Below, in pieces: positions 1 through 12,200 of a stretch of DNA of 64,000 nucleotides. Position numbers and translations under genes: made by a program. Source of the stretch: Glaucostegus cemiculus (lineage: Eukaryota); the NCBI GenBank assembly GCA_976551045.1, contig CDPCPM010000247.1:3286001-3350000 (forward strand), read 5' to 3'. Every line of letters begins with the position of its first letter. Within the stretch, counting starts at the first letter, position 1. The notes beneath the pieces were generated by a model. It did not search any database, was not told the origin of the DNA, and saw only the letters and a program-made list of their open reading frames with translations.

Positions 1-635
1 ATTCCACAAAGGATGGTAAGGGAAAGCCAATAACAGATGTTCTATTTGCTCAGGAATGTTATTTCACCCCTTTCCTGCTGACAGCAACAAACATGATTGA
101 TTGGTATAATTTTACAATGGTCTAATGGGTTTCTTTTTCAGATTGGATGTCCTCTTGCTTCCCCTCCTCTTGGAGTGAGAACAATACAATGTAACTGAGT
201 TGTTAGCAAAGTTCAAAGTAAAACTGCAACGGTGAGCTAACACCAGCAGCTTCAGAAATTAGTGTAAAATCATTTATAACAAGAATGTGGCAGAAAACAA
301 AACATGTTACATACACATTCAAATTATAAGGCAAACTGTGGGAAATTAAAAAGCCCATAGAAATAATATTTTTGAGATTCATTATCTCCAAAATCATTAG
401 GGATGGTGTAACAGCAAAGAGTAATCTGTGAATGCTGATATACACCAGTTACCAAAACATTTAGGAAAAAAAATGGAGAATGAGACTGCACATGCACAGA
501 TGTCACGCTGTGCTTGCTGCTATATTCAATGAAGACAATAGTCTCTTCAAAATAACATGAACCTCTGACGCCAATACATATGTATTTCTATTTATTTTAA
601 TATCTATTTCTATTTGTGTATTTCTATCTATATTT

Positions 636-878
636 GGGGCGGCACGATAGTGTGGTTAGTGCAATACTGTTACAGGGCCAGCGATCGGGGTTCGATTCCC
701 GCTGCTGTCTGTAAGGAGTTTGTACGTTCTCCCGTGTCTACGTGGGTTTCCTCCGGGTGCTCCGGTTTCCTCCCACATTCTAAAGATGTCCGGGTAGGTT
801 AATTTGGGGGTTTAAAATGGGCGGCGTGGACTCATTGAGCCGAAAGGGCCTGTTACCATGCTGTAAATAAAAAAAATT
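636..878 (+). mobile_element. tRNA-derived SINE (V-SINE/HE1-like) with CR1-type 3' tail
   Basis: tRNA-like head with A/B-box-like motifs (tagtgtggttag...ggttcgattccc), core gtgggtttcctccgggtgctccggtttcctcccaca, and tail gccgaaagggcctgtt like the CR1 3' ends in this window, followed by an A-rich end. Confidence 0.85.
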
Positions 879-934
879 AATCCCATTTTCAGCATCTAGT
901 ATTTTCCATTCAGGTTGGTGTTTATCATACTGCT

Positions 935-1222
935 GGCAGGCACGGTAGTGTAGCAGTTAATGTGACGCTATTACAGCGCCAGTGACCCAGGTTCAAATCC
1001 AGCCACTATCTGAAAGGAGTTTTTACGTTCTCCCCATATCTGCGTGGGTTTCCTCCAGGTACTCTGGTTTCTTCCCACATTCCAAAGACGTACGGGTTAG
1101 GAAGTTGTGGGCATGCTATGTTGGCACCAGAAGTGTGGTGACATTTGTGAGCTGCCCCCAGAACACTCCACACAAAAGATACATTTCACTGTGTTTTGAT
1201 GTACATGTGACTAATAAAGATA
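935..1222 (+). mobile_element. tRNA-derived SINE, same head/core as 636-878 but a different 3' tail
   Basis: Shares head and core (gcgtgggtttcctccaggtactctggtttcttcccacattccaaagacgtacggg). Ends catttcactgtgttttgatgtacatgtgactaataaa. Confidence 0.85.
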
Positions 1223-1249
1223 TAGTAATTTAAAAATACCTTATCCTGA

Positions 1250-2340
1250 TGACCTTAATGACACAAAGTGGAAAGGCTGTCTGAAATTGTTGAACTCAGT
1301 ATTAAGCTTTGGCAATTGTAATGTGCCTAAATAGAAGGTGTGATGCTCTTCTTGACCTTATGTTGGACTCTGTTGGAACCCTGTAAGAGCCTAAAGAGAG
1401 AGGGATCGAAGTGGAAATGGGAACTGGATACTCGCTTCACCCTTTGAGATTGGACAAAGGTGTTTCTCCAATGTACAGGAGATCACATCCTGAGCACAAA
1501 ATGAAGTGCACTAAATTTTAAGAAGTAATTTGCTGCTGTATCTGGAAGGAGTGTTTGGGTTGCTGGGTGGTAGGAAGGGAACAGGTAAAAGGGTGCATGT
1601 TGCATTTCCTGCAGTTGCATGGTAAGGTGTCATGAGAAGGGGAATGGTTGTTGGTGGGGATGGTAGAGTGTACCAGAAAGTCACAAAGCCCTTTGTAATG
1701 CTAAAGGGGAGGGGATGTTCCTGGTGGTGCTGTTGCAATGGAGGTGTCAAATACAGATTTTGTTATATCTGGATGCTGATGGGGATAGAAGATGAGGTCA
1801 AGGCAATCCTGTATTTACTGCAGTTGGGAGAAGAGGGGAATAAGAGCAGGTGAAGGAAATGGAATAGATGCAGTTGAGAGCCTTGCCAACAAGGGTGGAA
1901 AGGAAATCACAGTTAAGGAGAAAGCACTTTAAAAAGAAGACAACTTGGAAGCACTAGTGTGGAAAATATTATCAGTACAGATGCAATGGAGCTGAAGAAC
2001 CTGTAAGAATGGAATAGACTCCTTACATGACTTAAGATAGGAGGTGTAGCCAAAATGGCTGTGGGAGTATGTGGGCTTATAATGTAACTGGTTAATAACC
2101 AATCTCCTGAACCGGAGATAGAGAAGTCAATAAAGATAATGATGAGCCACATGAAAGCAACAGGTAAGTGAAAATTAGCAACAAAAGTGATGAATCTTTT
2201 GTATTCTGGAAAAGGAAGCAACACAAATAGTTATGAGTGTACCTTAAGAGTGGGAAGGGGCCTGAGTAGAACTGAACCAAGGACTGTTCCATATATCCCA
2301 TGAAGAGACAGGCATAGCTTAGGCCATGTGGGTTTCCAAA
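1250..2340 (-). mobile_element. Degenerate Penelope-like element (RT C-terminal part and Cys-rich linker toward GIY-YIG)
   Basis: Minus-strand remnants resembling MGPSYACL near 2300-2335 and a Cys-rich linker. Similar to the better preserved copy at 6225-7690. Confidence 0.7.
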
Positions 2341-2779
2341 TCTAATACCTCTGTACTCTTTTGTTCCTCATTCCTATGGCATTGTCCTACAGAGGATATT
2401 TCTGCAGGCTGTACAACTTAAAGGAAGTGAGACAGATTTCTGGACAAAAGATTATGCCACTTCCCTGTCCTGAGGTACCAGAAAAAGGAAAGGTTATTAT
2501 CTCTTTCAGAGCAGCAAACATTTCCAATATGTCATGGAAAATGGGAATCCTGATCAATTTTGACAAGGCAAGATTAATGCAGTAGGTTGCACACTTCAGA
2601 CTACTAATTAGCACCCAGCCCAATTGTTTGTTCTTGAAATGTTATACATAGTTCAAAATATCATATTGAATCTTTAAAATCAAACATTAATGTCCCTTCA
2701 TCTAATGCTACACAAAATATCCTTAGTAATAAGACAAAGCACAAAAGAGAACTAACCTATTGAAATATTCCTTGCTCTT

Positions 2780-3190
2780 CAGATGAGTAAGGACACAATG
2801 GAAAATGATTTAATTACTGATGCTTTCCACTCACCCACCATTACAGCCACAATAATCCAATCCAAATCTGTTGCCAACAACCATCTCTTCAGAAGTCCAA
2901 TTCTTGACTCATCCATTCCTCTGCCATCCCTCCACCTTGGAGATGTAGCTGTTGGGAGGTGCACTGGAGAGAATAAATGTTTATTTTGAGTCAACATAGA
3001 GATAGCTGAGGGATGAATGTGTGATGTTTGAGGTTAGTGGTGGATGTTGCAGCCCAAGAGGCATTCACTGCACTGATTAGGGGTATGAGGTCATTAATCT
3101 TTTGCACCTCTGCATCCAGGACCCCAGCACCTGATTACTGGAAGTCACCTCCTTCCACTGCTTGTTAAACTAGAGACTGAATGGTCTCCT
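2780..3190 (-). mobile_element. Old CR1-clade LINE fragment (endonuclease-adjacent region)
   Basis: Resembles the reverse complement of the family at 53270-54300. Heavily decayed. Confidence 0.45.
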
Positions 3191-3199
3191 GATACTCAC

Positions 3200-5930
3200 A
3201 GAATCATCTAGCCAGACGGCACAGAACCAGGCCTTTTGACCCAACAATCTATGCCAAACATTAAGTACTCATCTACACTAATCCCATTTACCAGCACTTG
3301 GTCTGTAGTCTTTTTGCCTCAGCAATTCAAGTGCTTATCCAGATGCTTAAATGTGAGAGTACAGTGCAGAGTGTTGCAGATTGCAACTACCCTTTGGGTG
3401 AAAAAAAGTTCTACAGATTCTCCTATAAACCTCTAATTCCTCACCTTATACTCAATGCTTCTGGTCTCTGGTACCTCCACCATGAGAAGTTTCTTACTAT
3501 CTTTCCTACCTGTGCCTCTCATAATTTTGTATACTTCTGTCAGGTCCCCATTCAGCCTCCTCTGCTCCAAGGAAAACAAGCCCAGCCTATCCAGTATTTC
3601 CTCATAACTGAACCATTCCATTTGAGATAACATCCTAGTGAATCTCTTCTGCACCCTCATCAGTGCAATCAGGTTCTTCCAGAACTGCACCCAATATTCC
3701 AGTTGTGCCTACTAACGTTTTATGAAATTATACTAAGACCTTCCAGCTCTTATACTCCATGCCATGGATAATGAAGACAAGCATCCTGTTTGCACTCTTC
3801 ACCACCATACCCACCTATGCTGCCACCTTCAGAGACTCATGCACCAAGGTCCCTTTGTTCCACAAAACTCCGCTGGCCTTACACTTCATGATATATATCC
3901 ATATCATTTTGTACCATAATACATTCCTCTCTATCAACATCACCTATTTTTGTGTCATTTGCAAACTTACTAATCATACTTCCTATATTCATATCTAAAT
4001 GATTAATAAATAAAACAAATAGCAAGGGTCCCAGCAACTATCATTGCAATACACTGCCAGTCACAGGCTTCTAATCCTCCATTATTACCCTCTGCATCTT
4101 GCTACCAAGCCAATTTTAGATCCAATTTGCCAACTTGCCTTGGATCACATGGGCTCTAACCTTTTGGACCAGCCTTCCAAGTGGGACCTTGTCAAATGTC
4201 TTACTGAAGTCCATGTAAACCATATCAACTGCACTGCCCTCATCAATATATATTTAGTTGCCTCTTCAAAAGGCTCAATTAAATTAGTCAGACAGGATCT
4301 CTCACCAACAAATCCATGCTGACTATCCCTGATCAGCCTTGCCTTTCCAATTTTATATTAATCCTGTCTGTCAGAAATGTTTCCAATTATTTCTCTACCA
4401 GTCATGTTAGACTAACTGGTCTATAATTTCCTGGCTTATTCCTGGTGTTCTTCTTGAACAAAGGTACTGCTTTGCTGTCTTCCAATCATCTGGTACCTCA
4501 TCTGTAGCTAGCGAAGATTTAAATATCTCTGTCAGGACTCCAGCATTCCTCTCCTTTAGCAGCCTGGGATACATCCTATCAGACCCTATTGACTTATCCA
4601 CCTTTACACCTACTAAGACATTTAATACTTACTACTTTTTAATCTTAATTTACCTTGCTCTAGAATTTCACTGTCCCAAATGAAATTGCCAACTACAGAA
4701 AAGGTATTCATTTAAGACGCATCCTTTGGCTCCACACAAAGATTGCTCCTTTGGTCCCTAAAGGGCTCCACTCTTGCCCTACTTACCCTCTTACTCTTAA
4801 TATATGTAAAATGCTAAAGAATTTTTATTAATCTTATCTATTGTGATATTTTGTGACCCTTCTATTCCTCCTAATCTCTCTTTTTAAGCACCCTCCTACA
4901 CCCTCCAGATTCCCGAAGGACCTCGTCTGTTTTTGTTGCTGTGTATCTAGCATGTGCCACCTTTCTATTCTTTATCAAACCCTTGATATCTCTTGGTACC
5001 CAGGGTTCCCTAGACTCACTCTCCTTCTCCTTCACCCTTGCGGGAACATGTTGGGCTTGAACTCTCAATTTTTTACTTTTCAAAGACTCTGTCTTCCTGA
5101 ATGTAGATTTACCTGTAGGTAGCTGCTACTGGTCCATGTTTGCAAGGTCCTGTCTAATGATACTGAAATTAGCCTTCCCCCAATTCAGACACTAATTTTT
5201 AGACCATCTTGATCACTATCCCCAAAGCTCTTGCCCACTCACACTTCATCCATTTGCCTGGCTTCATTCGCTAGGATTATCCAGCATGGTCTTACCTGTA
5301 GTCAGACTATCTCAATGCTGGCACATAAAATCTCTCCTGAATGCACTTTAAAAATTCTTCCCCATATAATCCCTTCACTTTTAGGTGATCCCAGTTAATA
5401 TTGGGCAGACTGAAATCCCACGCTGAGAGAGTCTTGCTCAATAATGCAACTGCTCCCCCTCTTTTACATTACCCCTCCCCTCACCCTCCGCTGTCATGCC
5501 TGAAACTCTGTACCCTGGAATAGGAAGTTGCCCATCCAGCCCTTTCCCCCATGTCTCAATGATTACAATAATATCGAAATTTCATGAGCTGATCAACACT
5601 CTAAGTTCATCTGCCTTATCAGTCAGGCTCCCTGCATTAAAATAAATGCAACTTAGCCTTCCAATCATCCAATGTGTCTTACATGTCAACCTGCTCTGCC
5701 TGCCACCCATCCCACATGTACATGTTCCAACTACCCCAGAAATGTTCCCAATGAACCAAAAATCTAAAGCACTCCCTCCTACATCATACTTTTTAACCAC
5801 GACATATCTTCCCATTTCTGTACTCAGAGAGCTCACGGGACTGGAAGTAATCTAGAAGTTGCAAATTTAGAAGGCCTGCTTTTTAACTCAGTTACCTAAC
5901 TCCATAAATTCATGTTGCAGAAACCTCTCT
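3200..5930 (-). mobile_element. Degenerate CR1 LINE (ORF2 endonuclease-RT plus ORF1 end, internally deleted)
   Basis: ORF fragments IYFNAGSLTDKADELRV, DRMYPRLLKE...VPDDWKTA and RVQKRFTRML...LGLFSLEQRRLNGDLTEVYKIMRG. CR1 3' tail near 3200-3240. Confidence 0.9.
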
Positions 5931-6224
5931 TGATACAGAATACGTCTCCTCTCCATTTTCTCCACAATGGTTTCAAGTAGTGTGTCTGAAAATTGTGGAC
6001 TATTGTTGTTACTGTGGTTATATCCTGATTGCAGTGTTTTTGCCAAGGTGCATTTCAGTTGGGTCCAAATGTTTAGATATCATTGGCTATCAACTAAACA
6101 TTCACATCCAACTAGAGTTTTATAAACTTTTTACTGGATTACTTATGTTACTATCGCTATCATGAATCTCCTGTGAACAAAGAGGTTGTTAAATGTAATT
6201 TATTTATGCTTTTCTTAAAGAGTC

Positions 6225-7690
6225 ACTTTCCAGTACCTTGATTCTGTATCATGACAGGGAGACTGAGGCAGGTGGGTGATAGATGGAAGCAAACAAAGAA
6301 ACAAAAAGGGCAGATGGAGAGAGGTGGGAAGGAGGGGAGGGTAAAGGTTGATAAAGTGGGAACACAAAGGCTGCCAGTGCTGGAATCTGATAAGTAGGGA
6401 AGGTGATAATGGGAAACATTAGGGGAGAGATTAAGGGCAGATGGCACCAAATGAGGGAGGGGATCTGGTGGGTGAAATGTGTGGGTCGTAGGTGGATAGA
6501 ACCAGGAGGGGGAGGGGGACAAAATTGGGTAATCAGGAACTGGTAGTGGGATATAGGAAAGGGAACAAAAACAGCAGGACCGGAGGGGGGAAAGAGAGAG
6601 AGAGAGAAACACAGAATGTAAGAGTTACCCGAAATTGGAAAATTCAATGTTCATAATATTGGGTTATAGACTACCCAGGCAGAATATGAGGTGTTGTTCC
6701 CGTAAATTGTGATGGGCCTCACCATGGCAGTGGAGAAGGACAAGGACAGATAAGTTGGTGTGGGAATGGGAAGGGGAGTTGAAATGGCTTGCAACCGGGA
6801 GCTGAGGATGGCCATTGGAGACAGAGTGTGGATGCTCTGCAAAGCAGTCGCCTGTTCTGTACTTAGTCTCACTGAAGTAGAGGAGGCCACATCAGGACCA
6901 TTGAAGATAGTAGCCAAAGTTGGAGGAGGTGCACATGAATCTTTGCCTCACCTGGAAGAGCTGTTTAGATCCCTGGATGGTGATGATGGAGGAGGTGTAA
7001 GAACCTACACTGGTTACAGAGGAAAGTGCCAGCAGTCAGGTGGGGAGGGGTGAGCAAACCAGGGGGTCCGGAGGGAGTGGTCACTGTGGAGGGCAGAAAG
7101 GAGTGGGGAGGGGAAGATATGGCTGGTGGTGGCATCTCATTGCAGCTGGCAGAAATGACGAAGGATGATGTGCTGGATGCAGAGGCTGGTAGGACTAGGG
7201 GAACTCCTATCTCTGTTCTGTTTGGGGGTGGTGTGAGAGCAAAAGTACGAGAAACAGAGAAATTGCAAGAGAGGGCACCATCAATTACAGGAAATGGGAA
7301 GCCACTCTTCTGGAAAAGGGAGGACATTTCAGATATGGAAGGCCTCATCTTGAGAGCTGGTGCAGTGGAGACAGTGAAACTGGGTGAAAAGGACAGCAAG
7401 ACTGTAGGAAAGGCGTAGTCCAGGTGGCTGTGAGAATCAATGGGTAAGTGTCAGTGGATAGTTTGTCTCCTGTGATGGAGACAGAGCGATCCAAAAAATG
7501 GAAAGATGTATCAGAAATGGTCCGAGTGAATTTGAGAGTGGGGTGGAAGTTAGTAGTGAAGGTGATAAAATTGACAAGTTCCGCACGGGTGTAGGAAGCA
7601 GCATCATTGCAGTTGTTGTTGTAAAAGAGGAGTTGGGGAGTGGTTCCACATAGACAAAGAAAAGGCAGGCATAGGTAGGGCCTTGCATTC
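6225..7690 (-). mobile_element. Penelope-like element remnant
   Basis: Fragments GPTYACLFFVYVE, ISEMSSLFQKSGFP...VIDGAL...VPLVL and GTFLCNQCR. The pyrimidine-rich 3' region is typical of fish and shark PLEs. Confidence 0.8.
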
Positions 7691-8109
7691 CTGTGGCTAG
7701 GGCAATTGCATTCCTAGATTTTGTTTTAATGTATGATGACATATAATCCAGTCCATCAGTCACACTTAAGTTATCCGGTCTGTCTATGTTTTCAGATGAA
7801 GTGCTGGGAACACGACCTCCATTAACATTTCTAATTAAAGGCCTGGCTTCACACAGTTTTTCTTCCTGAGAATGATTTAACATACGTAATGGTTCACTAA
7901 TTTGAAATTTTAAAAAAATAATAGGGGGAAGATTTTACAATGGATATTACCACTAAACATATGTGTAAGTATTGGCCACTGGTTGTACTCACCTTCAGGC
8001 ATCTAGTCCAACTGCTAGCACAAAAGATGACTTTTGTATCTCAATGAGGAGTGGCCAGTTTCTTTTACCTGATAACTTCACTTTGTATTTGGTGAATGAT
8101 CTAAGCTTA

Positions 8110-8330
8110 AAAGAGAATTGCCTCAAAATTCAATTCCAGTCAGTGAATGCACCTTACAGCAGCTGCTCATTGTACTCTGCTTCTGAAGTACAATTCCATT
8201 ACAGTCACTTGAACTCAATTTCAAAGGTAGGGTTTGAGGAACTATCACAACCACATGCTGTATTCAGCGCTACTACCCGGCCAGAACTTTTAGACAAATG
8301 TCTTGCTTCAGTGACATGCCTTTGTCATTA
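8110..8330 (-). mobile_element. Very old DeuSINE/SacSINE-like head remnant
   Basis: Weak resemblance to the head region of the copy at 9540-9925. Confidence 0.35.
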
Positions 8331-8979
8331 GAGCTGTTGCTTTTTATCATTTCTGTCATGATATTGGCAAGAAATATATTAAAGTTAGCTTGTCAATCAT
8401 GATATTTTCAAAGCAATTGTAATTATTTCCAAAAAAAGAGCTAATATACAGTATATCCAGAGATATTTCTCTTGGCTAGCTTGGGATAATTTCCTTTTGG
8501 TATATATGTTTCTTGCTGGAAAAACATACAATTGAAAAAATGTCCACTTCCCCTTCACAGTGGGATTTAGTACTTATGAATGGGAATTCTCCCTGCTGTG
8601 CTGGGAAACTGCATGAATTACACTTGCTGGATTTATTACAAAACTCCTTGGGTTTGACACTATTTTTTAATCCATGTAGTTGACTGGATGTACAGATATA
8701 TGGCACTTGTGGGGAAATCACCTTTTTCTGAGCAATACCAATTTCCTATTACCCTGTAATGCTTTTTATGTTCATCTGCTGTCAAGCTGAATGATACAAG
8801 AATCCCTTTTTCTTCAACAACCATGCAATAAATCATTTTGTTTACTTTGACTAATTTCAGATTTATCATCTGGATCAGACACGATACCATTACTCTCCCA
8901 ATGACTTTTTTTTGTTATAACTATGTCATTCATCAAGCCTAGAAAAACTAAAGCCTGTTGGAAAAGTCCAGAAGTAACA

Positions 8980-9490
8980 TTAGCTTCTACCGCACTGAGC
9001 TTTGCCCTACATTTACCACTTGTAACAGCGAGCCGCCTCGCACACGGTTCACACTTGTTCACCTGCACCCACTTCTACTTATTTTCCTCGTTTAATGGGA
9101 ATGTTCCAGCAGTTTAGATTAATAGCTTTCTTTTATTTTCCATGGATAACGTCCAACTTCTGACGCTGTACATTGTTCTGAGATCCATGTGGCAAACGCG
9201 TTGAAATCAGAAGCCTTCAGGAAAAGATTCTTAACTTTATTGCAAGGAAATGTAATCAATCACAAGAGAACTGCTGTGATGGATAGATTCAATGTGGTGT
9301 GATTGGGGAAAGCGCCAACGTCGCGTCTCGTTGGCAGGTGCACTTCTCTGTCCTCATACAGAACACAACATTTGAATAGAATTATCTTTCTTCCCTCTTG
9401 GAAATCTTCATATCTGTAGCCACTACCGGCCTTGAAAGATTTGGTACTTTGCTTCCTTATCGGGTGGTTAAATTGTGCGCAGGTCATAGA
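8980..9490. promoter_or_regulatory. CpG-enriched unique segment, putative promoter or enhancer
   Basis: Many CpGs in otherwise CpG-poor DNA. CCAAT (minus, 9302-9306), E2F-like TTGGCGC (minus, 9312-9318), and ACGCGT followed by TTGAA (9196-9205). Confidence 0.4.
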
Positions 9491-9539
9491 AAAAAGAAAG
9501 AATTGTGTTTATAATTTTCCTTTCGTATCCTTTTGACAA

Positions 9540-9925
9540 TATCACAAGTACTTTACCGGCAATGAAGGACTTTGCATGTGTAGCCATTGCTGCAGGGTGA
9601 AAACACGGCAGCCAATTTGCACAAACAGCAATGTGATTATATCTGATAATCCATTCTTTACAAAAACAGGTTGATGTGTGATAAATATTGGCCGGGACAC
9701 CATGGATAACACTCCTGCTCTTCTTTGAAATAGTGTCACGGGATCTTTTGTATCTGAGGGGGCCGGTGGAACCTCGGTTTAACATCCCATTGGGAAGCTG
9801 GCAGGACGGACAGAGCTGTGCTCGCCCAGTACTTCGCCATGGCCCCAGCCCGGGCTTCCCTGCAAGCCCGGGGCAAGGTGTGAAACTGAAATCTTTTGAG
9901 GTAAGAGGATATCAGCTGAGCCATT
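9540..9925 (-). mobile_element. DeuSINE (SacSINE1/AmnSINE-related) ancient SINE
   Basis: Blocks ggcagccaatttgcaca, ataaatattggccgggacacc, cctgctcttctttgaaatagtg...gggatctttt and cctcggtttaacatc match the reverse complement of the Deu domain as I recall it. Confidence 0.75.
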
Positions 9926-10399
9926 TCTAAACTCCACACCAACCAACGTGTAGCCCAGAATAAAATGCGTTCTCCAGAAGGAAAGTGAAGAGGAATCCCA
10001 TAGTTTGGGTGGTGGGTGGGTGCTGTGAGCAGAATAGGAATGTTTGAAGTTAGTTGATGTCATAAAATAGAAAAACTAAGCAGTAGAGCTCCTGATAATC
10101 GGTAGTGACCAATCCTATTAAAGCTATACTTTTTCTGCAGGGAACTTACATCTGATGATCTCTACTCACTTCCATGTCCCACATTTCTCCATTTCCTTCA
10201 TGCCTTTCTCAGTATTTGGGGGAGGAGGGGCAGGTTTTGGTCGGTTTTCATAAGATGGTAGAATGAGGCTTTCAGGGGTGGGTGGGGGCAAGAAATGTTC
10301 CACAGGATTTCCTCCTGTGAATTACTGAAGCTGGGGGTGCTGCTCTATGCACCACCAAAGCTCCCGAATCAGGAGAAATAGCAGTAGAAAGGAAGGCAG

Positions 10400-11110
10400 C
10401 AAAAAGCTGTTCAGCTGTGGGAAGTGGGTGAAGGAGGACACACAGCATGTGAATTTTCAAAAATAGATCCATACAGAGTTGCGATATATAGAGTGGCTGT
10501 GTTTTAACAGGGACGCAGTCTATGACCAATGGAGTGAATAATGGAGCCCAATATCAGAGTAAGCTAGCACACTGGTTTGAACCTTTCATGCCTCACAAAC
10601 TGCACTGGTAACACCAGTAATGTGTCATTTTTCTGTGGAGAATGTTCCAGGTTATTGACAGTGTGCAAGATGTTTATCACATTCCCTACGGATGCTGTCA
10701 AGTAGGAAAAGGGATTTGTTCACAGGTTTGACGGGAAACACTCCATTCTCATTTTCTAGGTTTTGTAATTCAAGGAAGATGCAAATCCCAGAGACACAAC
10801 AGTAACTTCTATCACAGCAGCTACCCCTATAGTCCCACACTGTAAACCACTCTCAGTAGTTGACAGTATGGTTTTGGTCCCATGCACAAACACAGTTTGC
10901 AAGATGGAGTTGGGTTCTCCCACGCTCTTCAGCATTGTGGAAAACCTCATTGGCAGGCTGCCACATGCACTGAGAATGTCTCTGGGGAATCATCTTTTTA
11001 TGTCAGTGGCTCATTGTGTTGAACTGTACTGAGCAGGGGTAGAATGGAGGCTGCCATTTGCTCGACACGTGTTTTGTGGTGTCCTGTTCCTGCCCCCCTT
11101 GTCACTGTGC
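10400..11110 (-). mobile_element. Highly decayed Tx1/L1-clade LINE, region downstream of the RT core
   Basis: Ordered minus-strand remnants KTRV..ASILPLL, STMLKSVGEPNSILQTVFVHG and LVIDCVPVK. They resemble the Tx1 segments KxLVI..LLY, TMYK..GG..VPN..LILMATFVCG and LxVxxxLPVR. Confidence 0.5.
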
Positions 11111-11859
11111 AATTGTTTGGCCTACTCTCTGATCTACATGCAGTGCCAGTAACTAATGTTAGACTAACTATAGCTAAACTAACTGGCTATTAGCTAACCA
11201 TTGCATACAGGTCAGACAGTTGGAAGCTGGCAATCCAGCTTAAAAATCAGGGAATTTATAGAAGTGATGTTTAGAACTTAAATTGTATTTTCATTAAGTA
11301 CATTTAGCAGATTTTATATAGTCTATAAACTCTAACACAGTATCAAACCTCAACATTATGGTAAATGAAATCCTTCTAGGTACTGGCTAAAAATGCCTAA
11401 CATTCCTTATGATTATCATGAAACAAATATATTTTATCAGTGGAAAGTAGTTGTTAAAGTTCCCATGAGGAAAGCTTACTGCCAAACTATCACAGTGCTT
11501 ATTAAGTTAAATATGTGTGTGTCTGTGATCACATAGATTTGCATATAGGTGTATGTGGTTCTGAGGGTTTATGTGTATTCTTGCAGATTTGGGTGTGCGT
11601 GTTTGTGGGTTTTTTTTAGTTATTCAACAGTTGATGCATAAGCTGGGTTTGAAAATGCTGAATGAGAGCCATATGATTTCCATTGCTATGGCTGCATCAC
11701 AATGTGCCTGCTTCTCAGAGTGGCATTAATCTTAGTAGAAAGATCTGGACATAGAAATTTGATCGGATTGGAAGAGCATTCGTATAAAGACAACATAACA
11801 GTTATGCTATCAGTTCAATACAATGGGCTTCAACTATGGTTCATTCATTTCACTCTTGA

Positions 11860-12200
11860 TATAGTTTAAGTTTGAGTGGTTTAAATTAGAGTGGCAGGGG
11901 GATGGGAACCACAGTGCAGATTGTAGGGTTGAGGGCAAGAAAGATGGTATGACACAAGATTGAAAGGAAGGACAGCAAGGAACAGGCTAAGAAACATGGG
12001 CTAAAATTTGTTACGTTAGGAGTATATGGGTAAGGAGGATGAACAGAGGCCTCAATATGTGAGGGACAAGACTGGCTACTCAATGTTCCTGGTTTCACTC
12101 TTTTAGATGTGATAGAGGGGGGTAAAAGAGGTGGAGGGGTTGCACTACTAGATGGTCACTCATCTATTTGTAGCCTGCACTTAGAGGGTCACATCTTGAG
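11860..12200 (+). mobile_element. CR1 fragment (ORF1/ORF2 junction, internally deleted)
   Basis: Similar to 12895-13260 of the adjacent CR1. Confidence 0.75.

Noticed and set aside
636-710. tRNA gene
   Set aside because: It is the tRNA-derived head of a SINE and continues into the SINE core and tail.
8476-9487. Cluster of short minus-strand ORFs as a protein-coding gene
   Set aside because: Stops occur in all frames and no domain is recognisable. At most non-coding or heavily decayed.
10272-10529. Minus ORF resembling Gypsy integrase (LPTAEQLF) or Harbinger transposase (VIDC)
   Set aside because: Upstream frames fit a Tx1/L1 post-RT region in the correct order. No DDE spacing, LTRs or TIRs are visible.
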